NCBI RefSeq assembly: GCF_009914755.1
Contig: NC_060940.1
Reading direction: 5' to 3' (one strand)
Source of the DNA: the human T2T-CHM13v2.0 reference genome, Homo sapiens
Length of the DNA: 64,000 nucleotides
A program made the translations under genes and the position numbers. Below, one piece after another: positions 21,361 through 44,789 of the stretch (position 1 is its first letter; every line of letters begins with the position of its first letter). Under the pieces are notes generated by a model that did no database searches, was not told the origin of the DNA, and saw only the letters and a list, made by a program, of their open reading frames with translations.

Positions 21361-24300
21361 AAATATCACTTCAATTCACTGGTGAGGAAATGAAGGCTCA
21401 GAGAGGCTCCAACAGACCCCAGTTGGAGTGGCTTCCTGGTCCCCAGAGCGTCTCCTTCTCTGGGATCGATCTGGATGCAGGTAAGCCTGGCGGGTCTGCT
21501 TCTGACATATGGCCTTGTCCCCTTGCCAAAGCTGATTGGGCCAGGAATGGGCTACTGGTCTCTGTTTGGCCAACCACAGCCTCTGTCTGGGATGCGTTAG
21601 GCTGGTGCTAAGGCAAGGGAGGCAATATCCCTCTGGCGATGGCTGGAGCCATGGCAGCCCTGCTCTTCCCCTGCACAGGAGGCCAGGCAGCAGCAGGAAG
21701 GCAGCTTCAGAGATGGGGAGCGCAGGGACAGGCAGCATCCTGTGGTGTTTGAGTCCTTTATTCCAGTTGTCCCTGAGGCACCCCAGTGGTGACCAGCCCC
21801 GGTATCCTCTGAATAAGCCCCCTTTACTTGAGTTGGTTGGATTCAGGTTTCTGTCTCTTGAAACCATGAGTTGTAACCTAGGACCTTGGCTGGGGTCCCT
21901 GGGAAGCATGACGTGGCAGGGACTGGAGTCTTGTCCCCTCTCCACCAAGGCTTCCAGGGCCTCCCGGGACTCTCCTCCTTGTGGGTCTCTGCAGGGATTG
22001 CGGCAGCCAGGGAAGGCCCCTGGTTCTCAATGCCCGCTGCAGAGGAGCCCCAGTGAAGGGCAAATAGTACTGAGACTACACCCTCTCTGAACCCCCAAAT
22101 CACAGCACCAGTGTGGCACAGGGCTTATTCATGCCACCCCTGTGTTCTGGGCAGGACTGCCCGAGCCAGCCATGTGGGGCCTTGATTTTTTGAGGGAGAG
22201 GAGTCCATGGTCACCTTGTGGTTGGCGGGGTTCGAGAGGCAAAGGTGTCCATGAAGTGGCCCCTGGCCTTTGCCCTGGGCAGGACTTGGAATCCCTGGAG
22301 GCTCTCACTCCAGGAATCAGGGTGGAGACATCCCCTGCCTTCTCCCCACTCACCCTGAGGGCCTCCCTAAGTGATCAGGAATCCAAAGTGTGCTTTCCAT
22401 GATTTGTGTCTCCTCTCCATCCCCCAAATCCCTTGCAGAAAGGTTACAGGCTCCCACTGCGCCAAAGAATCCCCCAGCCCAGTGCATGGGCAGCTGCGCA
22501 TGCAGGGCTGTGGTTGGAGACCACGGCTCTGCCCACTGCTAGCCTTAGGACCTTTAGGCGCGTTCTTCAACCTCTGCATGTTTGAGGCTTCTAAATCCAT
22601 CACAAAAAAAGACGACAGTAATAGCGAGTAACTGCCTTATGGAATGATTGTTAGGACTCAAAGACATATTACAAGTCAATTGCAGCGCTCAGTGAGCTCA
22701 GTAAATGCTGGTTAGAGGCAGCAGGCCAACAGAGGGAAAGGGATTCGCCCAAGGTCCCACTGTAAGTCAGGACTCAGCTGGGACCAGAAGCCAGACCTCC
22801 TGGCCACTGGTTGATCTCCTCTAAAGACCCAGAAAGCACCGCACTCTCTCCCCCACGCCCACCCCAGCACCCACTCGAGCTGCCAAAGACTCGCAGAGGC
22901 ATGTGGGATGCCCAGAACCAGGGCTTTATGTTTGGCAGCTGCCTTAGGAAGGGAATGCGCTGGGGAAGGGGCAATGGGTTTCTGTGGATTGGAATTTATA
23001 AAGTGACAGTTGGTTCTGGTGATTCAGGCAGTGATTTGTGATTTATTGACACATCAGAAAAAGCTGTCAACCCACCCCAGTCAGCTCCTTCTCTGGAAGG
23101 CACCACCAGCTGGGAGCCCCCACCCTCACTCCACCCCTAAACCAGCCCTTTGGAAGTGGGATGTGGGTGGCAGCCTCCCTCCCTCCCCCAGCAGGTGGGG
23201 GTATTGACCTTGCTGCCCACAGATGACCAAGGGACAGGGTGGATGTTATTTGCTGAGGGGTGTGCACCGTGAACTCTTTCCTTCCCTATGAACATTTCAG
23301 TGAGGTTGACGTTACTTGCTTAAGGGTGTACGTGCAAGCTCATTTCCGTGAGTGGGGTGGCGGGGCACTTGGGCAGGTCTGTGTGTCGAGTCCTGGGCTG
23401 TTCGGGAGAACAAGGAGCTGGCTTCTAGGATGCGGGGCTGAAGATGTAGGATGGAGAGGCCCCAGCTGCCATCTGGAGGATGTGGCTGATGGGAAGGGAA
23501 ACCTCTCCTTTTCCTCTTCTGCCTCCAAGACCTCTTCAATTTTTGTTCAAATCAAGACCATTGGTTATCTTTACAATAATGGTTTTAAAAATCAATAAAG
23601 AAAATGTATCAGCAACTGAGAAGAGGTCTTGAAGGCAAAATAACTGGATGAAGGAGGAGCAGATGACAGGGGGAAAGAGTCCTAGAGGACGGCCAGGTCC
23701 CAGGAGAAGGCCAGGAGCGGGCTCTGACATGTGGAGAGCTTAGGCCGCAACTACGAGGACAGCCTGGGAGTTGTGCCTTCTGTCCACAGGCCAAGGTCTC
23801 TGTGGTTCACAAAGTCTTACATGTGGCTGAACCACATACACACCTGCAAGGAGGGTGGAACAAATATCACCATACTCCTAGGTCACAGGCGAGAAAACCA
23901 AGGCGTGAAGATGCCATGACTTTCCCAAACTCACATAGGCGAGTCACGGCAGGGCCTTGATGGACCCCCAGTAGCCCATCTGGCACCTTCGGGGAAACCC
24001 AGCCCTGCAGGTAGGTGCACAGCTGGCAGGTGAACCCTGCGAGACAGACGTGGGGCACAAGGCACACAACTGCACCCAACAGCCCTGGCTTGGGCTCGAA
24101 CCGAGGTCTCTGAACTTCAAAGGCCCAGCTCCTTCTGCCCTGCTAGAGCAGTCCCATGAACGATGAAGGAGGATGAGGAAGGGCCTGGAACTCCATGATG
24201 GGCAGGCCCCTGGAGCATGCACTGCACTATTTGATTTTCTCCTGTCTGGTCCTGGGCCAGGCTTTTCTCTGGGTGGAGGTCATCGAGGCACATGCTGAGA

Positions 24301-24396
24301 ACTGCCATGGGTAGGAGTGGCCCGCACTGTGTGCCTCTCCTCGACATGTGACCAGCTGATGCCCAGAGCTTGGTAGAGACTTCACACTGTTTCTAA

Positions 24397-25621
<1,225 letters not shown>

Positions 25622-26387
25622 CAGCCAGCAAGAACTTTGTGAGCAGCCCCAGGTCCTGGCCTTGAGCCAGTCCTAGCAGGGAGAGAGGAAAAGGCTGAAG
25701 AGATGGCACACATGGTGGAAAAAGCTCAGCTTTAGGGGCCAGACAGGAGGCTTCAACTTGCAGTAACACTTCTGTTTGCCTGTGTGTCTGTCTGTCCACT
25801 TATCCATCCAATACCCAGCACCCGCTTTGTGTAGAAGTTTCTGGTGGAAAGTACTCGCAGACACTGAGGGGAGAGGCTGAATCCAGATAGCAGTTTTTCC
25901 CCTGGTGGGTTCACCACAGTCCCTGGTCCAACCCTCAGCCCCAGGCTCACAGTCTCTACCTGGTCAGCATCTCAGACTCAGGAAGGCCAATGCACACCTC
26001 CAGAACCCTCAGAGACAGAGGCAGAATATCTACTCACCGAGAGATCACCCGTGAAAATGAATACTGCCGGGTAGACCAGAGATCTGTATGGCCTGACCAG
26101 CCCTCTTTCCTTGCTGGCCAATGACATGGCAGGCCTGGGTTCATGGTGGGCACACGTGACGGAGGTCGGTTAGGGATTCCAGTGACTTGTGCCCTGGGAA
26201 GTGGTGGTCTTCTCCCAGTGTGGTCCTGCCTTCCTCCGGAACCCGTTAGGTCAAGCATTTCTTCTTTTAATGAACTGAGACAGGGCCACTTGCTCTGCTG
26301 GACACTGTTCTGGTCTGTCTCTGGCACTGGTTGCCCTCTCCTCTGCTTGCAGAGCTGGCCACCCCCTTCTCACAGACACATGCTGCC

Positions 26388-27140
<753 letters not shown>

Positions 27141-27512
27141 ATCCCTCCCTGTTTTCTAGTCTTCGAGGGCACCTTAATTCACTTCAAAACACACTCTCTT
27201 GGCACAAGGAACATGGAGGTGAACAGTACAGGTCTCTCCTGGCCTTCCTTACCGGTTGGGAGGGAAGGAAAGCCATGCCCTCGCTCATCCGGGCTTCCTT
27301 TCTGTGCACTGCAGGCAGATCATTTGCTTGCAAGGATGCAGGCTACCAAGGAAGCCATGGCCAGGCCTGGTGGGGAGCAGACGCCAGTAATGCTGCTGGG
27401 GCCACCGCTGTGGTATTCTGGGGTGCGAGGGCTTTGGCTCTCCTTCCCTTTGGGTGTCTTTCATTCTTGGGCTGTCCCTTCTGGGGAAAGGGAGTCCTAA
27501 GATTACTGATAT

Positions 27513-28688
27513 TGTTAAGGGATCTTTGAGGAGGATGTTGATATTCTTCCTGGAAACTTCTGTGGCTCATGGGCCTTCACCTGAGTTCTAAATGAGGTAC
27601 TCAGACAAGTGAAGGATGAAGAAGACAAAGAGAAGCTTTATTTAGTGTTAAAACAGCTCGGGAGATCCGCAGTGGGTAGCTCATCTCTGTAGGCAGGTTG
27701 CCCATCCAGTTCAGCTCTCAGCAGAGAGGAGGCCCTGGAAAGGGTAGCTCCTCTCCAGGAGGCTGGTTATTCCCACGTCTCTGCAGGTCTCTGAAGCTCT
27801 GAGCAGAAAGGATAGCCTCTCTCTGTAGCTGGTCTTCCTGTCCTCTCTCTGTCCTTCACCTTCTCTGCCCTGCTCTGGCCATCCTCTCTCTTGCTCTGGC
27901 TGAGCCCAGGGCTTTTATGTCGCTCAGAGGGGAGGAAGTGCATGCCCACTGGTCCATGGGTGGCCATGGGTGGGCCTGGAAGAGGCACCATGAGTCCGCA
28001 CTCAGGTCCGCAGGACTGGCAGCCCAGCCCCCAGCCTTCAGGCCCTCTCTGGCCTGAAGGTGGGGCCTTACTGGGGTCCCCCGCTTCCACCCAGGAATCT
28101 GTCTGCCTCCTGCTGCCATTCATGACCCCTGGGGCTCGGCCCTAAGCCCTGCTCCAGTATCGGAGTGGGCGCCAGGACGGGAGAGAAACCAGGCAGCAGG
28201 AGCAGGGACAGGAGGCTGGGCGGTCTTCCCCAGCCGCCTTGAGGATGCAGGCTGCAGAGATGCACCGGGCCTGTGCCTGGGAGGGTGGCCGCAGCTGCAT
28301 CCAGGAGCTCCTGTCCCACCAACCTGGAAGGGGCAGGACTCCCGCTTGTCCCCGGCTCCGGCCTGCTCTGTGAAGCGGGAGGCCCAGGTCTGCAGCCACA
28401 GTTTGGGGGACTGCAGCTGCACCCGCAAGGGCAGATCCTGCCTGCTCCCGGGCCCCCTTCAAGAGCACAGCGAGTCTTGGATCCACAGCCGCAGTTTGGG
28501 TGGCTGTAACCCTGCCCAGGAGGGCGGGGCGTTTGTCTGCTTCGTAGAGCAGGAGGTCTGGGTCTGCAGCCACGGTTTGGGCAGCTGCAGCGGCACCCAG
28601 GGAGCTACTGCCCCAGCTCAGAAGGGATGGGGCTCCCACCGGCTCCATGGAGTGTGCAGCCCACCGCTCTGCCTTCCTGCTGCCATCA
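27513..28688 (-). mobile_element. MER52-like ERV1 solo LTR
   Basis: TG...CA termini (tgttaaggg at 27513, ...gccatca at 28688) and 4-bp TSD atat/gtat. Internal GC-rich repeats (ctgcagccacagtttggg x3) and a minus-strand AATAAA (tttatt ~27637), typical of MER52. Confidence 0.75.
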
Positions 28689-29034
28689 GTATCTCCAGGT
28701 AAGGCAGGTTGCACTGGCTTTTGTGCCCTTCGTCCATCCTATCCTCAGCCTAGAGGTCTTAAGGGCTGAAAATGGAGTCAATAATTTGCCTTTTAGTGGA
28801 ATTTTTGGCTAAGTTCCTAATGGTGCACTTCCAGCGAAGTGGGCATGCTTAAGTCTTTGTTAGAGCTTCCAAAATTCAGTACAGTAGAAGTTTCTCTCTC
28901 ACTGGGGGACCTAGGGCAAGTAATTGAGCCCCATCTGAGCCTCAGTTCCTTTGTCTGTACAATGGGGATGGAAAATGCCAGAACCTATCCTACAGGGTCA
29001 TTGTACGGGGCTTAGAACAGGCGCTGGTGTTGGC

Positions 29035-29382
<348 letters not shown>

Positions 29383-29832
29383 TCAGCTCTTCTTATTACT
29401 TGGCCTGTCCTGGAAGCTGACTTTTTAAGGAGCAACTTTCTCTGCCTCTTTCTTTTTATTGGTTTTTATTTTCACTCATTCTAGTTGGAGGAGTAACTGT
29501 CTTTCTTTCATTCTTCTCCCTCCTTAGCCTCTGCCACACTCCTTGGGAGCCCAGCTCACTTTCTTCAGGAAAGGAAGCATCTGCAGTGGGGTTTGGAAAT
29601 CTCATTGCTTGGGGGCCACTGGGGGTGCTTTGGCAGTGATGCCCCAGCCCAGAGAAGACCTCGCTTTCTTCTTTGAATTAACTGAAATCTCTGCCTCCCA
29701 TGAGTTCTTGTCAGGAAAATTGCTCTCAATCACTTACAGCTATTTCCCTTTCCAAGGATCTAATTTTCCTAATTCCCAGAATGCTGCCCTAATTGTATTG
29801 TAGTTTCTGAGAAGGTGACGATGGTAGGGGCT

Positions 29833-30348
29833 GGGTGTATATGTGTGTATCTGTGTGTGTCTGTGTGTGTATCTGTTTGTGTCTGTATGTGTGAGGGTGT
29901 GTCTGTGTGTGTGTCTGTGTGTGTCTCTGTGTCTATGTGTAAGGGTGTGTTGTGTGTGTTTGTGTGAGAGGGTGTGTGTGTCTATGTGTCTGTGTGTGTC
30001 TCTGTGTGAGGGTGTGTGTCTGTGTGAGAGGGGGTGTGTGTGTCTGTGTGTATCCATGTGTGTGTGTCTGTGTGTGTCTCTATGTGTGAGGGTGTGTGTG
30101 TGTCTGAGAGGGTGTGTGTGTGTCTGTGTCTGTGTGTGTATCTGTGTGTGTGTGTCTGTGTGTGTCTCTGTGAGGGTGTGTGTGTGTCTGAGAGGGTGTG
30201 TGTGTGTCTGTTTGTGTCTGTGTGTGTATCCGTGTGTGTGTGTCTGTGTGTGTCTCTGTGTGAGTGTCTGTGTGTGTCTCTATGTGTGTCTGTGTGTGTC
30301 TGTGTGCGTCTCTGTGTGTGTCTGTGTGCATGTGTGTGTCTGTGTGTA
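29833..30348. repeat. ~515-bp compound (TG)n / (TGTC)n repeat with gaggg punctuation
   Basis: Directly visible. It produces the Cys/Val and His/Thr pseudo-ORFs. Confidence 0.95.
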
Positions 30349-30736
30349 TTTGCCAAATGGGGTTCCCAGCACAGGGAATGGGGATCTCTTGGTGACTTCC
30401 TTTTAAAGCCTGCATTTTCCTGGACACTGAAGGTGTCCCAAAGACCCTGGCCGCCTTCCCGAGTCTCATCCACTGACCTGAGACAGTGGCTGGGAAACAG
30501 TCCTGGGGGTGAGGATGAGGCCACCTGATTTGACCAGGAATGAGTCAGAAACGTTGTGGACTTGAAGAAGGCCAGCTGGAGGTCTTGTTTTCAGCAGCCC
30601 TGCGGAGGGCAGGAAGGTTGGCAGAGGAGATGGCGTGAGCTCATGCCCAGTAGGACTACTGTGGCCCAGTAGGTCCCACAGAGCAATGTCCTCTCCTGTC
30701 TCCTGGCGTTTACTCAGGCCTGGTATGGCCAACTAT

Positions 30737-32593
<1,857 letters not shown>

Positions 32594-32628
32594 GTCTGTG
32601 AAATCATGTATTTGATGAACTCACTGTA

Positions 32629-32908
32629 TTTTTTTTTGAGACGGAGTTTTGCTCTTGTCGCCCAGGATGGAGTGCAATGGTGTGATCTTGGCTCACTGCA
32701 ACCTCTGACTCCCTGTTTCAAGCAATCCTCCTGCCTCAGCCTCCCGAGTAGCTGGGATTACACCAGCTAATTACGCCAGCTATTACGCCAGGCACACGCA
32801 ACCACGCTCAGCTAATTTCTGTATTTTAGTAAAGACAGGGTTTCACCATGTTGGCCAGGATGGTCTCGATCTCCTGACCTCGTGGTCTGCCTGCCTCGGC
32901 CTCCCAAT
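32629..32908 (-). mobile_element. Alu, 5'-truncated, with small internal duplications
   Basis: Alu consensus that stops at cctcccaa. caccagctaattacgccagctattacgcca repeats at ~32761-32790. Confidence 0.85.
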
Positions 32909-35425
32909 TTTATATTAAATATATAACTATTGAAACAAAGTAATTCATGTTGCATTTCACCTAAAACCTCCCATCCCCCTAGTGGCAGCTGCCATTCTTT
33001 GGAAACTTGGCTTGAGCTTTGGGAGAGGGATGAGGGCGGAGTGCACATACGAAGTCCTTTTTGCCAGACTGGGAGCTGGGCAAGGACAGACTGTGCCCAG
33101 TCCTGTGCCTGGCACACAGAAGGTGCTTATGGCGACACAGTGTGGATAGAGGAAAAAGCACAGTCTCACATTCAGATCCGGGTTCAAAAACTGGCTGTGC
33201 TCTACTGTCTGTGCAATTTAAGGGAAGCTAACCTTGGTTTTCCAATATGTACAATGGGGATACCACCTGTCTTACAGTGGTGTTGGGAGGCTAAGTGGGA
33301 TGGTATATCCAGGACTTAGCACGGAGTGAACTCTTAATAGATGCCAATTTCCTCTCTTTCTCTCTCCTGGTATTTTATTAACCAATTGGTGCTAAGCTGT
33401 TAGTGAGGTAATACGGCCATCTCCTTTCACAAAGGAATCTACATTTGGCCTCAAGGATCAATCTGAAGTCCTGGGATGGCAGGGATCAGCACTATGGTGG
33501 AGAGGCACTTAGGCTTGGAAGGTGGCCCCTATTGGGACCACAGTCTCGGTTTTCACAATGGCTGATCATGGCTGCTTCTGGCCAAAGAGGCAGGAGTTGC
33601 AATGGGGACCGCCTGCTTGTGAGCTCGCAACCTCAATTCTTCCAGGGGCAGGGTGGGTCCTACAATCTGGCAGCAATAAAACTGATCACAGGACTGAACT
33701 GAGACAGTAGGGAGTGGTGGTGCTTGTGGCAAACTGGAGAGTGCCTAACACATTCAAGCCCGTCTGAAAGCAACACCACCATTACACTGGCTGAATGAGG
33801 AAGTCTGACCAGGCCAGGTGCCTCTAGTTGGAAACCCTAGAAGGGTTATTCCAGGCAGGAGTAATATTCACAATATTTACCCCCCAGAAGGCCTGGTTAA
33901 GAGACGCCAGTAACTCCCCATTTCAAGCCTCTCCACCACCTAAAACTCTGGGTAGAAGCAGGAACGAACTTTTCCCTGGGCCCCGAGGCCTGAAGCTGCC
34001 ATGTTCTGCAGCCATTTAACACCCAGTCCATAAACAGTCGCCGCCTGCTGTACCCTCCCTGGGCTACTCTCTGGGCCTCCTTCCCTGAGGTCCAGCAGCT
34101 GGGAAGTGACAGCTTCCAGGCTGTGTGGGATCCTTGGCACGTGTGAGCTGCTCCCTCTACCCCTGGGAAGCCACATCCAACCCAAGCTGGCCTGGGCTGA
34201 CCTCAAATCCCGGCCACCCTGCCAGAGGCGGCTTCCAGTCCTCGTTCCTGGAGCTCAATCAAGGGATCTGAATCCTTTTACTTCCGCCTCTCGAGCTCAT
34301 GCCCGTTCCTGAGGGGAGGTTGGGCTTAGCAGTTGTGGCAGTAGCAGGCTGGGTGCGACCTTCTCTGAGAGTTGGCCTCCTACACCCGGGGTCACTGGTA
34401 GGACTGAAGGAGATGCGGATCTGCTTGGCACAATGAAAGTCCCGAACGTCAGGAAGGGAATCGTGCGGCTTGTAAAGCCACACGATCCACCGAGCTCTAA
34501 TCATGCCACGAGGATGATCTGGCCCCTGCCCTGATCTCCTGGTGGGAAGCGTCCCTTACCCCTGATGTGCTCTGGTTTGGAAAGTGCTTCCACGTCTACA
34601 CTCTATGGGATCCTGTTCACTGCCTCCAATGTAGGCAGGGCAAGAAACGTTCTATTTGTGTTGTAGGGACAAGCAGTCAAGGGGCTTACTTAAAGTCACA
34701 TAGAAAGGTGAGGACAGAGTTAGGATGAGAACGCAAATCTCCTGGCTCCCTGGCTTTCCTCACTGCCTTCCACCCCTCATCCCACCTAAGCCTCCATCTC
34801 ACCTCTCACAGCCCCCTGCTGGGGAATGCGGCGATAGGAATAGGCGCACTCCTCCCTATGAAACTGGTAAATGGTGGAGCTAGGAGAGGGAGCAGTGAGC
34901 ATTTGAAACCCAGTAAAAGACTCGTATTTCAAGGCTCACAGAGCACTTCGTGTGTGATTCTCAAAGTACACCACCTGTGATGCAGCCCAGCCAAAAATGT
35001 GTAACTTGAATTCATTAAGTAGGGGATCCAACTAAATGACACCACATGGAAGCAACCAGAACATGGGGTGCCCTGCAAGACAAGCGGCCCAGCCTCTCCA
35101 TGTTTCATCTCATAAAAGGAACACCGTGCTGGACTAAAAGACAGAGAAGGAAGGTAGCCACCAGGTGCAGTCTGTGGTACTGGATTGGACAGTGGTGTGG
35201 ATGAAGTGGCTGTAATCAGGAAAGTCTGACTGTCATCTAGGTATTACATGGCAGGAACGTGTATTAAAATGGAAGGGAGACTGTGGACTGAACAAAGTGA
35301 GTTAGGAAGCTCCATGTTATCAGACAAATCCAAAAGGAGGATGTTCTGCAAAACAACTGCCTGGGCCATTCAAACATGTTAATCTCCTAAAGGATAAAAA
35401 GGCAGGGGAAATTGCCATAGACAGA

Positions 35426-36133
35426 GTGTTGCTGTACCCCAAATTAATATGTTGAAACCTAATCCCCACTGTAGGGTATTTGGAGGTGGGGACTTTGGTA
35501 GGTAATTAGGTCACAAGAGTGATGTCTTTATGAATGGGATTAGTGTCTGTATTAGTCTGTTTCCACACTGCTCTAAAGATAATACCTGAGACTGGGTAAT
35601 TTATAAAGAAAAGAGGTTTGACTTACAGTTCCACATGGCTGGAGAGGCCTCAGGAAACTTACAATCATGGGGGAAAGCAAAGGGGAAGCAGGGCATGTCT
35701 TACATGGCAGCAGAGGAGAGAGAGCAAGCAATGGGGAAGTGCCACACTTTAAAACCATCGGCCCTCATGAGAACTCACCTGCACAGCATGGAGGAAACCA
35801 CCCTCATAATCCAATCACCTCCAACCAGGTCTCTCCCTTGACACATGGGATTACAATTTGAGATGAGATTTGGGTGGGGACACAGAGCCAAACCATATCA
35901 GTGCCCTTAAACAAGAGGCCCCAGAGAGATCCTCCACCCCTTACACCATGTGAAGACATAGTGAAAAGACAGCCATCTATGAACCAGGAAGAGGGCCTCA
36001 CCAGGTACTGAATCTGCTGGTGCCTTGATCTTGGACTTCCCAGCCTCTAGAACTGGGAGACATACAGTTCTGTTGTTTATGAGCCACTCAATTTATGGTA
36101 TTTTTGTTATAGCAATCCAAATGGACTAAGACA
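35426..36133. mobile_element. MLT1A-like MaLR LTR with a nested MSTA-like LTR (35548-35900, minus strand)
   Basis: MSTA ends tgtattagtc.../...ccaaaccatatca with 5-bp TSD gtgtc/gtgcc. The outer LTR ends ...aatggactaagaca. Confidence 0.8.
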
Positions 36134-36204
36134 GAAATGTTATAATTTAAAGGAGACTGAAGAGACGTGATGACTTAATGTAACATGTGACCCTCAATCG
36201 GATC

Positions 36205-36670
36205 CAGAAGATATGGAGGTGTGCCACCCAGATACCCCTGCAACGGGCTGCCTCCTACCGAGAATGTGGCCAGCAGACGGCCCCTGCTATTTGCTCTTCG
36301 GGATCTGCTTTGGCTGGAGAGCTGCCTTGCCCAAGGTCAGCCCCATGCATACTGATTCAGGAGGGGCCATCAAGGCCCTTCTGGCTCCATATAAGACAAT
36401 GTGATGGGCAATTCTCACTCCAGAGCTTCCCCATCGGGTGGACTGAGGCTGTGTCAGGCCCATGTGGCAGTTCTTCCTCTGCTCAGTCCTGCTTCCTTTC
36501 CCAGGCACAGATGCCTTATGAGGCAGAGCTTGCAGTGAGCTGAGATGGCGCCACTGCACTCCAGCCTGGGCAATAAAGCCAGACTCCGTCTCAAAAACAA
36601 ACAAACAAACAAACATTTTGTACCCCCAATCCATCTTGGTGTGAACTCCTGAATAACCCAACCTTTAGTG
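36205..36670 (+). mobile_element. LTR16-like ERVL LTR with a truncated Alu (~36520-36615)
   Basis: ggtgtgccacccagatacccc start motif and ...ccatcttggtgtgaactcctgaataacccaacct end motif. Confidence 0.5.
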
Positions 36671-36771
36671 CCAACTGTAAGGGACAGGATTAGGAGGTAA
36701 GGATTAGGCAATTAAGGGACATTGAATATTAACTGTGTATTAGTTAATAATATTGTATCACTGTGAAATAT

Positions 36772-39879
<3,108 letters not shown>

Positions 39880-41337
39880 TCTTAGTATTCTAATTGCTTA
39901 ACAACCTTCTCTAAGGGCACCTAAGTTCACATGAACAGGGACCAGATCTACCTTGTTCAACACGGACCCTTTATACTTGGCAGTTGGTAATGCCCTGGCA
40001 ATATTTGTGGAATGAATAACAGAATAAAAGTTCAAGCCACAGTTGAAGAAGGAAGCCAGAAATCTGTTCAGAAGGGAAGCAGCCTCACGTACAGGCCCAT
40101 GGCCATAGCCAGAGAGAAAATGAGGGACAGCGAGCCACGGTCAGGTGCAGGCTGGGAGGTGACACCAGGCAACCATGGTTTGGGCCATAAACTATGGGCA
40201 GGGGAGAGCGCTGGGATGTGGTCACACAGAGAACAAACCTCATGGTGAGCTGGGCAGCCTAGAGACACACTCCCACCGATCACCAGCCAGGTGTGGCTGA
40301 GTCCAAGAGACTGAGGCTGTAGTGAGCTATAATCATGCCATGGCACTCCAGCCTGGATGACAGAGTGAGATCCACCTTTAAAAAATAAAAATAAGAAATA
40401 GAAATAAAACCCCAAAAAACTGAGTTGTGTTAGGTTGTTATTTTTATTATTTTCAGGTCAAAGAGTCTTGACTAACACAAAGGCTTTGTTCTAAAGGAGG
40501 GAAGGTGATTGTAGTTTTGTCCATTCTGTCTTGAATGAGAAGGAACATTATCCCCAAGGGCATACTGACCAAGATCAAGGGAGCCCCAATATTGTATGGC
40601 TCGGGCTCATTGATTTCTTTTCAGGGCTCTCTGCGCTGCATTCCCACTGCTGACATGAGCTGTGGCATTTTTTCCATCAAGTGGAATCTGAGTCTCTCAA
40701 GTCTTTGGAGTTATTTGAAGAAACTGAGGTCCTTTCATCTCTTCTGGTTTCCTTGGAGCTTGTTCTATTCCCTTTCATCTCCAACTCATTAAGATGGAAA
40801 GGTGTAATGGCGTCAGATCCAGGAGTCTGGATGTGCATGAAAGTACACAGGCGATTCTGAGCAACCTCAATAGTCATCTATGTTCTACTTCCTTTAGCAT
40901 CACAGGCTGCTTCTCTTTTTTTTAAAAAAAAAATATACCTGGGTGAGTGGGACACCAGGTATGTGCTAGAGGTACAGGAAAGGGGCTGTTTACATTTAGT
41001 CAGAGGCACAATGGGTTCCTTCTTCCTTTCTTTCAGCAAAACCTTCATTTTAGCCCACAGTTCCCAATTTGTTGTGCACCTGAGGAATGCCCCCTGCAAT
41101 CTGAGTCTTACGGTTGTTAGGAAGTCTGCTCACCTCCTCCTCAGCTGGTCCCTCTCCTCCTTCAGAAAAGCGCTGGAAGCGCTGCAGGGCCTCCCTGCTT
41201 GAGTCCTTCCTGGTCAGTCAATCCAGCATTTGTTGTTTCTCATGTGCTCTTTTATTTCTTTGAGTCCCCAGTGGACGATACATTAGTTGGGGGCAAGAAC
41301 AGTGTATCCCTAGATTTCCTTTAGGAACATCACAGAA

Positions 41338-41560
<223 letters not shown>

Positions 41561-41769
41561 GTATAGAAAAATAGGGAATGAGGGGCTCAGGGCAGTTTAA
41601 TGGATGCTGGGGCATGTCAAGAGTTTTATCATCAATGTAAGGAAACTGAACTGGAAGAAACTTACGCTGCAGTATGTACTTCTAGGTTACAAAGACTGAG
41701 AGCTGTGACCCACTTTGGGTTTTCTCTTCATACAATGCATAAGAAGAAATAAAAGATGATGTTTCTCTA

Positions 41770-42611
<842 letters not shown>

Positions 42612-43070
42612 TGACAAAGACTCCTTAACTAAACGTCAGATTCCTCCGGCCTTCTAGGCCTCAACCTTGGAGTCTGTCCTTGTTCAGGCCTCCGTCACCC
42701 AGCTGTAGCAGAAATCTTCATAAGTCAATGTGGAGGACCCCCATCCCCAACCTCAGTATCTAATCACCCTCGATATTGGCTCGAATTCTTCTCCCACCCC
42801 TCACCCCCAGGTAATGCCTGCCCACTCTAACCTGCCTTTGGGGAGAATCCTGTTACATCTGATGAACCAGAATCCCTCTGCACCCCTCGCATACTCTCCG
42901 TAATTTTCCACCTGCTGCCCCCACCCTGCTCCTGGCCACCGTCCCTACTTGTTCATGCTGTATTCGGAAGTGAGCCCAGTTCCACACTGAGGGCTCTTTC
43001 CCCAACAGCAACAGTTCCTGAATAAAATCTGTCTTTACTGCTTTAACTACTGTCAGGCGTGGTTTTTTTA
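42612..43070 (+). mobile_element. MER31-like ERV1 LTR
   Basis: Starts tgacaaagactcc. Contains gaataaaatctgtctttactgctttaact near the 3' end. Confidence 0.65.
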
Positions 43071-43429
43071 AAATTGGGAAGAGGATGGTTTTGAATATTC
43101 ACATAAATGTGCCAGTGCCCACACAGGCTCTTTTTGGGCTTATCTCTTAGCATTTGCAGATAAAAATTGTGCTACGTAACTTCACCACAAACTAGTCAAC
43201 CCATCACATCTGAACAAAAAGTCAATGGCGACGTGCAGCCAATGCTCTTGGGGGTCTGTCTAGAGCTCCAGGGGGTTGGCAGGAGTTGTGGGCCCCAGGA
43301 GGATGTGAGATCAAACTGAAGCTCTTGATGGTATCTCTCTCACACTGTTGAAATGACCTTCTGGAAGAACAAGAGGCCCCTTGATTGCTTCTTGATTTGA
43401 CAAAAATAAACCATATAAAAAAGATTTCA

Positions 43430-44780
<1,351 letters not shown>

Positions 44781-44789
44781 AAGGGACTA

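Noticed and set aside
21376-22090. Overlapping 190/184-aa ORFs
   Set aside because: No domain similarity recognised. The region resembles degraded LTR or GC-rich intergenic DNA.
27767-28714. Cluster of ORFs up to 190 aa
   Set aside because: They lie entirely within the GC-rich MER52-like LTR.
29740-30528. Cys/Val-rich and His/Thr-rich ORFs
   Set aside because: Translations of the (TG)n repeat.
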